In this document: piece by piece, positions 38,801 to 51,780 of the stretch
Position numbering within the stretch: position 1 is the stretch's first letter
Layout of the letters: each line of letters starts with the position of its first letter
Source of the DNA: Squalus acanthias
Lineage: Eukaryota
Direction: 5' to 3'
DNA: 64,000 nt
NCBI GenBank assembly: GCA_030390025.1
Contig: JASTWF010000353.1
Coordinates: 434,001-498,000 of the forward strand
Program-made: the position numbers and the translations under genes
Notes under the pieces: generated by a model
What the model saw: the letters and a program-made list of their open reading frames with translations, nothing else
Told to the model about the DNA's origin: nothing
Database searches by the model: none

Positions 38801-41800
38801 AAACGTATCCCACTGCCCCACTCTCTCCCCATAGCCCTGTATCAATCCCGAACTAATCCCACTGCCCGCTCTCTCCCCGTAGCCCTGTATCAATCCCAAA
38901 CTAATTCCCACTGCCCCTTTCTCTCCCCATAGCCCTGTATCAATCCCAAACTAATTCCCACTGCCCCACACTCTTCCCATAGCCCTGTATCAATATCCAA
39001 ACTAATCCCACTGCCCCGCTCTCTCCCCATAGCCCTGTATCAATCCCAAACTAATCCCACTGCCCCGCTCTCTCTCCATAGCCCTATATCAATCCCAAAC
39101 TAATCCCACTGCCCCACACTTTCCCCATAGCCCTGTTTCAATCACAAACTAATTCCCACTGCCCCGCACTCTCCCCATAGCCCTGTATCAATCCCAAACT
39201 AATCCCACTGCCCCGCTTTCTCCCCATAAACCTGCATCAATCCCAAACTATTCCCACTGCCCCGCTCTCTCCCCACAGTCCTGTATCAATCCCAAACTAT
39301 TCTCACTGCTCCGCTCTCCCCGTAGCCCTGTTTCAATCCCAAACTAATCCCACTGCCCCGCTCTCTCTCCATAGCCCTGTATCAATCCCAAACTAATCCC
39401 ACTGCCCCGCACTCTCCCCATAGCCCTGTATCAATCCTAAACTAATCCCACTGCCCCGCTCTCTCTCCATAGCCCTATATCAATCCCAAACTAATCCCAC
39501 TGCCCCACACTTTCCCCATAGCCCTGTTTCAATCACAAACTAATTCCCACTGCCCCGCACTCTCCCCATAGCCCTTTATCAATCCCAAACTAATCCCACT
39601 GCCCCGCTCTCTCTCCATAGCCCTGTATCTATCACAAACTAATTCCCACTGCCCCGCACTCTCCCCATAGCCCTGTATCAATCCCAAACTAATCCCACTG
39701 CCCCGCTCTCTCCCCATAGCCCTGTATCAATCCCAAACTAATCCCACTGCCCTGCTCCCTCCCCATAGACCTGTATCAATCCCAAACTATTCTCACTGCC
39801 CCGCTCTCTCCCCATAGCCCTGTATCAATCCCAAACTATTCCCACTGCCCCGCTCTGTCCCTATAGCCCTGTATCAATCCCAAAATATTCCCACTGCCCC
39901 ACTCTCTCCCCATAGACCTGTATCGATCCCAAACAAATCCCACTGCCCCGCTCTCTCCCCATAGCCCTGTATCAATCCCAAACTAATCCCACTGCCCCAC
40001 TCTCTCCCCATAGCCCTGTATCAATCCCAAACTAATCCCACTGCCCCACTCTCTCCCCATAGCCCTGTATCAATCCCAAACTAATCCCACTGCCCCTCTC
40101 TCTCCCCATAACCCTGTACCAAACACAAACTAATTCCCACTGCCCCGCTCTGTCCCCATAGCCCTGTATCAATCCCAAACTAATCCCACTGCCCCACACT
40201 CTCCCCATAGCCCTGTATCAATCCCAAAATAATCCCACCGCCCCACTCTCTCCCCATAGCTCTGTATCAATCCCAAACTAATCCCATTGCCCCACAGTGT
40301 CCCCATAGCACTGCATAAATCTCTAAACTAATCCCACTTCCCCGCTCTCTCCCCATGCCCCTATATCAATCCCAACCTAATTTCACTGCCCCGCACTCTC
40401 CCAATAGCCCTGTATCAATCCAAAACTAATCCCACTGCTCTGCTCTCTCCCCATATCCCTGTATCAATCCCAAACTTATCCCACTGCCCCTCTCTCCCCA
40501 TATCCCTGTATCAACCCAAAACTAATCCCACTGCCCCGCTCTCTCCCCAGAGCCTTGTATCAATCCCAAACTAATCCCACTGCCCTGTTCGTTCCTCACA
40601 GCCCTCTATCAATCCAAAAACTATTCCCACAGCTCCACAGTCTCCCCATCGCCCTGTTTCAATCCAAAACTAGTCCCATTGCTCCGCTCTCTCCCCATAG
40701 CCCTGTATAAATACAACACTAATCCCACTGCCCCGCTCTCTCCCCACAGCCCTGTATCAATCCAAAACTAATCACACTGCCCCATACTCTCCTCACAGCC
40801 CTGTATCAATCCAAAACTAATCACACTGCCCCATACTCTCCCCATAGCCCTGTATCAATCCCAAATTATTCCCACTGCCCCGTCTCTCGCCATAACCCTG
40901 TATCAATCCCAAACTATTCCCACAGCCCCGCACTCTCCCAATAGCCCTGTATCAATCCCAAACTAATCCCACTGTCCCACATTCTCCCCGTAACCCTGTA
41001 TCAATCCCAAACTAATCCCACTGCCCCGCTCCCACCCCATAGCCCTGTATCAATCCCAAACTATTCTCACTGCCCCACTCTCTTCCCATAGCCCTGTATC
41101 AATCCCAAACTATTCGCACAGCGTCGCTCTCTCCCCATAGCCCTGTATCAATCCCAAACTGTGCTCACTGCCCCGCTCTCTCCCCATAGCCCTGTATCAA
41201 TCCCAAAATATTTCCATAGCCCCGCTCTCTCCCCATAGCCCTGTATCGATCGCAAACTAATCCCACTGCACCGCTCCCTCCCCATAGCCCTGTATCAATC
41301 CCAAACTAATCCCACTGCTTCGCTCCCTCCCCATAGCCCTGTATCAATCCCAAACTTATCCCTCTGCCCCGCTCTCTCCCAATAGCCCTGTATCAATCCC
41401 AAACGAATACTACTGCCCTGCTTTCTCCCCATAAGCCTGCATCAATCCCAAACTATTCCCACTGCCCCGCTCTCTCCCCACAGACCTGTATCAATCCCAA
41501 ACTATTCTCACTGCTCCGCTCTCTCCCCATAGCCCTGTTTCAATCCCAAAATATTCCCACTACCCCGCTCTCTCCCCATAGTCCTGTATCGATCCCAAAC
41601 TAATCCCACTGCCCCGCTCTCTCCCCATAGCCCTGTATCAATCCGAAACGTATCCCACTGCCCCACTCTCTCCCCATAGCCCTGTATCAATCCCGAACTA
41701 ATCCCACTGCCCGCTCTCTCCCCGTAGCCCTGTATCAATCCCAAACTAATTCCCACTGCCCCTTTCTCTCCCCATAGCCCTGTATCAATCCCAAACTAAT

Positions 41801-44800
41801 TCCCACTGCCCCACACTCTTCCCATAGCCCTGTATCAATATCCAAACTAATCCCACTGCCCCGCTCTCTCCCCATAGCCCTGTATCAATCCCAAACTAAT
41901 CCCCACTGCCCCGCACTCTCCCCATAGCCCTGTATCAATCCCAAACTAATCCCACTGCCCCGCTCTCTCCCCATAGCCCTGTATCAATCCCAAACTAATC
42001 CCACTGCCCTGCTCCCTCCCCATAGACCTGTATCAATCCCAAACTATTCTCACTGCCCCGCTCTCTCCCCATAGCCCTGTATCAATCCCAAACTATTCCC
42101 ACTGCCCCGCTCTGTCCCTATAGCCCTGTATCAATCCCAAAATATTCCCACTGCCCCACTCTCTCCCCATAGCCCTGTATCGATCCCAAACAAATCCCAC
42201 TGCCCCGCTCTCTCCCCATAACCCTGTATCAATCCCAAACTAATCCCACTGCCCCACTCTCTCCCCATAGCCCTGAATCAATCCCAAACTAATCCCACTG
42301 CCCCACTCTCTCCCCATAGCCCTGTATCAATCCCAAACTAATCCCACTTCCCCTCTCTCTCCCCATAACCCTGTACCAAACACAAACTAATTCCCACTGC
42401 CCCGCTCTGTCCCCATAGCCCTGTATCAATCCCAAACTAATCCCACTGCCCCACACTCTCCCCATAGCCCTGTATCAATCCCAAACTAATCCCACTGCCC
42501 CGCTCCCTCCACATAGCCCTGTATCAATCCCAAACTATTCTCACTGCACCGGACTCTCCCCATAGCCCTGTATCAATCCCAAACTATTCCCACTGCCCCG
42601 CTCTCTCCCCATAGCCCTGTATCAATCCCAAACTATGCTCACTGCCCCGCTCTCTCCCCATAGCCCTGTATCAATCCCAAAATATTCCCACTGCCCCGCT
42701 CTCTCCCCATAGCCCTGTATCGATCCCAAACTAATCCCACTGCCCCGCTCTCCCCACAGCCCTGAATCAATCCCAAACTAATCCCACTGCCCCGCTCCCT
42801 CCCCATAGCCCTGTATCAATCTCAAACTTATCCCTCTGCCCCGCTCTCTCCAATAGCCCTGTATCAATCCCAAACTAATCCCACTGCCCTGCTTTCTCCC
42901 CATAAGCCTGCATCAATACCAAACTATTCTCACTGCCCCGCTCTCTCCCCATAGCCCTGTATCAATCCCAAACTATTCCCACTGCCCCGCTCTCTCCCCA
43001 CAGTCTTGTATCAATCCCAAACTATTCTCACTGCTCCGCTCTCCCCATAGCCCTGTTTCAATCCCAAAATATTCCCACTGCCCCGCTCTCTCCCCATAGC
43101 CCTGTATCGATCCCAAACTAATCCCACTGCCCCGCACTCTCCCCATAGCCCTGTATCAATCTGAAACTTATCCCACTGCCCCGCTCTCTCCCCGTAGCCC
43201 TGTATAAATCCCAAACTAATCCCGCTGCCCCGCTCTCTCCCAATAGCCCTCTATCAATCCCAAACTAATCCCACTGCCCCGCTTTCTCCCCATAAGCCTG
43301 CATCAATCCCAAACTATTCCCACAGCCCCGCTCTCTCCCCACAGTCCTGTATCAATCCCAAACTATTCTCACTGCTCCGCTCTCTCCCCATAGCCCTGTT
43401 TCAATCCCAAAATATTCCCACTGCCCCGCTCTCTCCCCATAGCCCTGTATCGATCCCAAACTAATCCCACTGCCCCGCACTCTCCCCATAGCCCTGTATC
43501 AATCCGAAACGTATCCCACTGCCCCGCTCTCTCCCCATAGCCCTGTATCAATCCCGAACTAATCCCACTGCCCGCTCTCTCCCCGTAGCCCTGTATCAAT
43601 CCCAAACTAATCCCACTGCCCCGCTCTCTCTCCATAGCCCTGTATCAATCCCAAACTAATCCCAGTGCCCCACACTCTCCCCATAGCCCTGTATCAATCC
43701 CAAACTAATCCCACTGCCCCGCTCTCTCTCCATAGCCCTATATCAATCCCAAACTAATCCCACTGCCCCACACTTTGCTCATAGCCCTGTTTCAATCACA
43801 AACTAATTCCCACTGCCCCGCACTCTCCCCATAGCCCTGTATCAATCCCAAACTAATCCCACTGCCCCGCTCTCTCTCCATAGCCCTGTATCTATCACAA
43901 ACTAATTCCCACTGCCCCGCACTCTCCCCATAGCCCTGTATCAATCCCAAACTAATCCCACTGCCCTGCTCCCTCCCCATAGCCCTGTATCAATCCCAAA
44001 CTATTCCCACTGCCCCGCTCTGTCCCTATAGCCCTGTATCAATCCCAAAATATTCCCACTGCCCCACTCTCTCCCCATAGCCCTGTATCGATCCCAAACA
44101 AATCCCACTGTCCCGCTGTCTCCCCATAGCCCTGTATCAATCCCAAACTAATCCCACTGCCCCACTCTCTCCCCATAGCCCTGTATCAATCCCAAACTAA
44201 TCCCACTGCCCCACTCTCTCCCCATAGCCCTGTATCAATCCCAAACTAATCCCACTGCCCCTCTCTCTCCCCATAACCCTGTACCAAACACAAACTAATT
44301 CCCACTGCCCCGCTCTGTCCCCATAGCCCTGTATCAATCCCAAACTAATCCCACTGCCCCACACTCTCCCCATAGCCCTGTATCAATCCCAAACTAATCC
44401 CACTGCCCCGCTCCCTCCCCATAGCCCTGTATCAATCCCAAACTATTCTCACTGCCCCGCTCTCTCCCCATAGCCCTGTATCAATCCCAAACTATTCCCA
44501 CTGCCCCGCTCTCTCCCCATAGCCCTGTATCAATCCCAAACTATGCTCACTGCCCCGCTCTCTCCCCATAGCCCTGTATCCATCCCAAAATATTCCCACT
44601 GCCCCGCTCTCTCCCCATAGCCCTGTATCGATCCCAAACTAATCCCACTGCCCCGCTCTCTCCCCATAGCCCTGAATCAATCCCAAACTAATCCCACTGC
44701 CCCGCTCCCTCCCCATAGCCCTGTATCAATCTCAAACTTATCCCTCTGCCCCGCTCTCTCCCAATAGCCCTGTATCAATCCCAAACTAATCCCACTGCCC

Positions 44801-47800
44801 CGCTTTCTCCCCATAAGCCTGCATCAATCCCAAACTATTCCCACTGCCCCGCTCTCTCCCCACAGTCCTGTATCAATCCCAAACTATTCTCACTGCTCCG
44901 CTCTCCCCATAGCCCTGTTTCAATCCCAAAATATTCCCACTGCCCCGCTCTCTCTCCATAGCCCTGTATCAATCCCAAACTAATCCCACTGCCCCACACT
45001 CTCCCCATAGCCCTGTATCAATCCCAAACTAATCCCACTGCCCCACACTTTCCCCATAGCCCTGTTTCAATCACAAACTAATTCCAATTGCCCCGCACTC
45101 TCCCCATAGCCCTGTATCAATCCCAAACTAATCCCACTGCCCCGCTCTCTCTCCATAGCCCTGTATCTATCACAAACTAATTCCCACTGCCTCGCACTCT
45201 CCCCATAGCCCTGTATCAATCCCAAACTATTCCCACTGCCCCGCTCTCTCCCCATAGCCCTGTATCAATCCCAAACTAATCCCACTGCCCTGCTCCCTCC
45301 CCATAGCCCTGTATCAATCCCAAACTATTCTCACTGCCCCGCTCTCTCCCCATAGCCCTGTATCAATCCCAAACTATTCCCACTGCCCCGCTCTGTCCCT
45401 ATAGCCCTGTATCAATCCCAAAATATTCCCACTGCCCCACTCTCTCCCCATAGCCCTGTATCGATCCCAAACAAATCCCACTGCCCTGCTCTCTCCCCAT
45501 AGCCCTGTATCAATCCCAAACTAATCCCACTGCCCCACTCTCTCCCCATAGCCCTGTATCAATCCCAAACTAATCCCACTGCCCCACTCTCTCCCCATAG
45601 CCCTGTATCAATCCCAATTTAATCCCACTGCCCCTCTCTCTCCCCACAACACTGTACCAAACACAAACTAATTCCCACTGCCCCGCTCTGTCCCCATAGC
45701 CCTGTATCAATCCCAAACTAATCCCACTGCCCCACACTCTCCCCATAGCCCTGTATCAATCCCAAACTAATCCCACTGCCACGCTCCCTCCCCATAGCCC
45801 TGTATCAATCCCAAACTATTCTCACTGCACCGGTCTCTCCCCATAGCCCTGTATCAATCCCAAACTATTCCCACTGCCCCGCTCTCTCCCCATAGCCCTG
45901 TATCAATCCCAAACTATGCTCACTGCCCCGCTCTCTCCCCATAGCCCTGTATCAATCCCAAACTATGCTCACTGCCCCGCTCTCTCCCCATAGCCCTGTA
46001 TCAATCCCAAACTATTCCCACTGCCCCGCTCTCTCCCCATAGCCCTGTATCCATCCCAAAATATTCCCACTGCCCCGCTCTCTCCCCATAGCCCTGTATC
46101 GATCCCAAACTAATCCCACTGCCCCGCTCTCTCCCCATAGCCCTGAATCAATCCCAAACTAATCCCACTGCCCCGCTCCCTCCCCATAGCCCTGTATCAA
46201 TCTCAAACTTATCCCTCTGCCCCGCTCTCTCCCAATAGCCCTGTATCAATCCCAAACTAATCCCACTGCCCCGCTTTCTCCCCATAAGCCTGCATCAATC
46301 CCAAACTATTCCCACTGCCCCGCTCTCCCCCCACAGTCCTGTATCAATCCCAAACTATTCTCACTGCTCCGCTCTCCCCATAGCCCTGTTTCAATCCCAA
46401 AATATTCCCACTGCCCCGCTCTCTCTCCATAGCCCTGTATCAATCCCAAACTAATCCCACTGCCCCACACTCTCCCCATAGCCCTGTATCAATCCCAAAC
46501 TAATCCCACTGCCCCACACTTTCCCCATAGCCCTGTTTCAATCACAAACTAATTCCAATTGCCCCGCACTCTCCCCATAGCCCTGTATCAATCCCAAACT
46601 AATCCCACTGCCCCGCTCTCTCTCCATAGCCCTGTATCTATCACAAACTAATTCCCACTGCCTCGCACTCTCCCCATAGCCCTGTATCAATCCCAAACTA
46701 TTCCCACTGCCCCGCTCTCTCCCCATAGCCCTGTATCAATCCCAAACTAATCCCACTGCCCTGCTCCCTCCCCATAGCCCTGTATCAATCCCAAACTATT
46801 CTCACTGCCCCGCTCTCTCCCCATAGCCCTGTATCAATCCCAAACTATTCCCACTGCCCCGCTCTGTCCCTATAGCCCTGTATCAATCCCAAAATATTCC
46901 CACTGCCCCACTCTCTCCCCATAGCCCTGTATCGATCCCAAACAAATCCCACTGCCCCGCTCTCTCCCCATAGCCCTGTATCAATCCCAAACTAATCCCA
47001 CTGCCCCACTCTCTCCCCATAGCCCTGTATCAATCCCAAACTAATCCCACTGTCCCACTCTCTCCCCATAGCCCTGTATCAATCCCAATTTAATCCCACT
47101 GCCCCTCTCTCCCCCCACAACACTGTACCAAACACAAACTAATTCCCACTGCCCCGCTCTGTCCCCATAGCCCTGTATCAATCCCAAACTAATCCCACTG
47201 CCCCACACTCTCCCCATAGCCCTGTATCAATCCCAAACTAATCCCACTGCCACGCTCCCTCCCCATAGCCCTGTATCAATCCCAAACTATTCCCACTGCC
47301 CCGCTCTCTCCCCATAGCCCTGTATCAATCCCAAACTATGCTCACTGCCCCGCTCTCTCCCCATAGCCCTGTATCAATCCCAAAATATTCCCAGTGCCCC
47401 GCTCTCTCCCCATAGCCCTGAATCAATCCCAAACTAATCCCACTGCCCCGCTCCCTCCCCATAGCCCTGTATCAATCTCAAACTTATCCCTCTGCCCCGC
47501 TCTCTCCCAATAGCCCTGTATCAATCCCAAACTAATCCCACTGCCCCGCTTTCTCCCCATAAGCCTGCATCAATACCAAACTATTCCCACTGCCCCGCTC
47601 TCTCCCCACAGTCCTGTATCAATCCCAAACTATTCTCACTGCTCCGCTCTCGCCATAGCCCTGTTTCAATCCCAAAATATTCCCACTGCCCCGCTCTCTC
47701 CCCATAGCCCTGTATCGATCCCAAACTAATCCCACTGCCCGCACTCTCCCCATAGCCCTGTATCAATCTGAAACTTATCCCACTGCCCCGCTCTCTCCCC

Positions 47801-49642
47801 GTAGCCCTGTATAAATCCCAAACTAATCCCGCTGCCCCGCTCTCTCCCAATAGCCCTCTATCAATACCAAACTAATCCCACTGCCCCGCTTTCTCCCCAT
47901 AAGCCTGCATCAATCCCAAACTATTCCCACAGCCCCGCTCTCTCCCCACAGTCCTGTATCAATCCCAAACTATTCTCACTGCTCCGCTCTCTCCCCATAG
48001 CCCTGTTTCAATCCCAAAATATTCCCACTGCCCCGCTCTCTCCCCATAGCCCTGTATCGATCCCAAACTAATCCCACTGCCCCGCACTCTCCCCATAGCC
48101 CTGTATCAATCCCAAACTAATCCCACTGCCCTGCTCCCTCCCCATAGCCCTGTATCAATCCCAAACTATTCCCACTGCCCCGCTCTGTCCCTATAGCCCT
48201 GTATCAATCCCAAAATATTCCCACTGCCCCACTCTCTCCCCATAGCCCTGTATCGATCCCAAACAAATCCCACTGTCCCGCTCTCTCCCCATAGCCCTGT
48301 ATCAATCCCAAACTAATCTCACTGCCCCACTCTCTCCCCATAGCCCTGTATCAATCCCAAACTAATCCCACTGCCCCACTCTCTCCCCATAGCCCTGTAT
48401 CAATCCCAAACTAATCCCACTGCCCCTCTCTCTCCCCATAACCCTGTACCAAACACAAACTAATTCCCACTGCCCCGCTCTGTCCCCATAGCCCTGTATC
48501 AATCCCAAACTAATCCCACTGCCCCACACTCTCCCCATAGCCCTGTATCAATCCCAAACTAATCCCACTGCCCCGCTCCCTCCCCATAGCCCTGTATCAA
48601 TCCCAAACTATTCTCACTGCCCCGCTCTCTCCCCATAGCCCTGTATCAATCCCAAACTATTCCCACTGCCCCGCTCTCTCCCCATAGCCCTGTATCCATC
48701 CCAAAATATTCCCACTGCCCCGCTCTCTCCCCATAGCCCTGTATCGATCCCAAACTAATCCCACTGCCCCGCTCTCTCCCCATAGCCCTGAATCAATCCC
48801 AAACTAATCCCACTGCCCCGCTCCCTCCCCATAGCCCTGTATCAATCTCAAACTTATCCCTCTGCCCCGCTCTCTCCCAATAGCCCTGTATCAATCCCAA
48901 ACTAATCCCACTGCCCCGCTTTCTCCCCATAAGCCTGCATCAATCCCAAACTATTCCCACTGCCCCGCTCTCTCCCCACAGTCCTGTATCAATCCCAAAC
49001 TATTCTCACTGCTCCGCTCTCCCCATAGCCCTGTTTCAATCCCAAAATATTCCCACTGCCCCGCTCTCTCTCAATAGCCCTGTATCAATCCAAAACTAAT
49101 CCCACTGCCCCACACTCTCCCCATAGCCCTGTATCAATCCCAAACTAATCCCACTGCCCCACACTTTCCCCATAGCCCTGTTTCAATCACAAACTAATTC
49201 CCACTGCCCCGCACTCTCCCCATAGCCCTGTATCAATCCCAAACTAATCCCACTGCCCCGCTCTCTCTCCATAGCCCTGTATCTATCACAAACTAATTCC
49301 CACTGCCTCGCACTCTCCCCATAGCCCTGTATCAATCCCAAACTATTCCCACTGCCCCGCTCTCTCCCCATAGCCCTGTATCAATCCCAAACTAATCCCA
49401 CTGCCCTGCTCCCTCCCCATAGCCCTGTATCAATCCCAAACTATTCTCACTGCCCCGCTCTCTCCCCATAGCCCTGTATCAATCCCAAACTATTCCCACT
49501 GCCCCGCTCTGTCCCTATAGCCCTGTATCAATCCCAAAATATTCCCACTGCCCCACTCTCTCCCCATAGCCCTGTATCGATCCCAAACAAATCCCACTGC
49601 CCCGCTCTCTCCCCATAGCCCTGTATCAATCCCAAACTAATC
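35872..49642. repeat. 49-bp satellite array 3
   Basis: Same monomer; ends abruptly mid-monomer (…CCCAAACTAATC) at the LTR. Confidence 0.97.
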
Positions 49643-51358
49643 TGTAAGGGATTCTCCTGACCCTGCGTGTCTCGTAGCCTGTGAGATTCACGCGGCTCTG
49701 TGCAGCCTGTATGTCAGTGCGGGTCTAGGCCTGGTTGCCTGTTCTGGTCTCCAGCCAGTCTGGGAACACTAGACACACCTGTGAGTGGTTCGAATCACTC
49801 TCCCTTACGGTTCTAGACACTGGACTTAGATGCGAGAGCAGTAATGGAGATAAAACTCATGTAGACTTGGTTTGAATGGTACGAAATGGAAAATCTTTAT
49901 TGCATGATACTTAAAATTATGAAATACATGTCATACGCACAGATTAATGACAGTACAATCTTACAAACGGTTATAATCAATCTTAGGGAAACGAGGAACG
50001 AACGGCACAACGTAAATAGGGCACACATTACAAATATCCTTAATCTTTACACCCTCCCCTATCAATATCTATCCTAAACTAGCTTCGTAGGATCTCGAGA
50101 CTCATGCTCACCACTCGTAATAACTCGGAGAAATTCCGAATAGCTGATCGGATGTTTTTCACCGCAGCACCCACGTGTCGGTCAGGAGATCTCCTGGTCC
50201 CACTTGTTTACTGGCTTCTGCTGCTCGGGCTAGTAGGCTGGACCGTCTGCTGTAGTGAAGACCTCTGTTGGTGGACTTCACAGTTTAGTCGAGGAGCACC
50301 GTTGTCAATATCATTGATACGATGTGTTTGCACAGTCCAGTTATCATTGATGCAATATGTTTTGTTAGAAGTTTAAAGAGGAAAACTTCCTGGCGAGAAA
50401 ACTTGGCTGATCGACCTACAGGCGCGGTCGGGATTTGCTGACCGTGGCGATGGATATGGTCTTCTTCTCTTCTCCTCTCATCTCATCTCATCTCATCTCA
50501 TCTCGGGCCTTTGGTTCCGCTGCCAGTTACCAACATAGGTCTTCGTTACGCGACACGAGGTAGATCCGAACGGATCAGAAAGTTCAACAGTCTTTTCAGA
50601 AGAGGCAACAGGCACGCAGAAGCCCAACTACGAGCACACAGGAGCAGCCACGAGGTTACGAATCGACCGGATAAAACACAGGAGCAGCCACGATGATAAA
50701 AGCAGCAAGCGAGCAAGAGGCAAGAGAGAGAATGGACGGTTTGGAGCCTGCAATTATAGTGCAAAAATCTTCCGTTTCCCGCCCAACTATAATGTCCATT
50801 CTTTTGTTTAGGGTTTGGCGCCCAAATGTCTTGTATGGGTGATCTCCGTCCTTAATGGGTTTCGGGGCTACTCATGAATGTTTGAGTACCTGTTAATATT
50901 TCTCCCATTGTTAAATCGGTCGGTGTTCTCCCTGGAGGGGTTTGGGGCTTCCAAGTGTCCTGTATAACTACCTGCTAACGGCTCTCTCATCGTAGAGCCG
51001 TTGGGTGTTTACATATTAATGTCCTTTGGATAGGCCCTTAAGTACTTGGTACAATGGCTTTCCTTTGTACCTGGGAGACCGATTCCAGTATCTATGTTTA
51101 TACTGTAAACCCATAATGTCTCGTGTATTATTTTCACTGTGCTGAATCGTTATCGATCTTGCAAAAATGTTTAATGGAACGCCATCTTGTCTGCCTGTTG
51201 AAAAGTCTAGAATGTTCTGTCACGAGGTGCGGCGGCCATTTTACAGGCTGCTTGTGTCCAATTTAAACCTGACAGCATTCTGCTGAAATAAAAGCTGTTT
51301 GAACGAAACTTCGTGTTTTCTCCTTATTAATCAAATCGCGATAATTGCGAATTCTACA
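49643..51358 (-). repeat. 3' LTR of element 2 (1716 bp)
   Basis: Minus strand TGTAGAATTC...CCCTTACA; both ends match the TSD-bounded inverted copy at 53402-55043; contains a (TCTCA)n tract near 50478-50503. Confidence 0.92.
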
Positions 51359-51369
51359 GTCCCTCCTGT
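51359..51369 (-). promoter_or_regulatory. Polypurine tract
   Basis: Minus strand ACAGGAGGGAC directly precedes the TGTAG of the 3' LTR. Confidence 0.65.
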
Positions 51370-51780
51370 TGATGCGAATAACTCCGCTTATCGTATCAAA
51401 AATCACGGTGGTGAGCAATCTTATCTCGATTTCACTCCGAATCCAGTAAATTAATCCCATAAATTTTAACTTAACTAGGGTCTCTGTGTCGTCCTTATTT
51501 CCCAAGAAAATCACATTTTATATCACCGTAGGCATCATTTGCCCTTAAACTTACACCACTTGTTTTCCTTTCCGGCGTAACCAGGCCGATACCTCACGCA
51601 TCACCTGTATATTTGTCTTTTATTCAGGGAAAGGAAAAACAAAACCCAAAACCAAACAATCAACACCATCACCAAAATAAACAAATCCCAACTCTTAAAC
51701 ATGTCGAGTTTCCAACGTATTTACAATGAGTACAAACTTCCGTGGCGCACGTGGCGAGCGGGAGTGACGCCATTTTCCTA

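Noticed and set aside
8203..49371. Many short ORFs such as GLIQGYGERAG and PKLIPLPRSL
   Set aside because: Translations of the 49-bp monomer cycling through frames; no sign of a gene.
7995..49642. CRISPR-like or telomeric array
   Set aside because: Monomers are head-to-tail with no unique spacers, and CTAATCCC is not a (CCCTAA)n tract; this is an ordinary satellite.
49886..50764. Short ORFs in the LTRs as accessory genes (also 62671-63595 and 19049-20039)
   Set aside because: Short, mostly non-ATG starts, and altered by indels between LTR copies.
49643..51555. A longer 1913-bp 3' LTR ending at 51555
   Set aside because: The TSD-bounded copy at 53402-55043 and the PPT at 51359 place the boundary at 51358.
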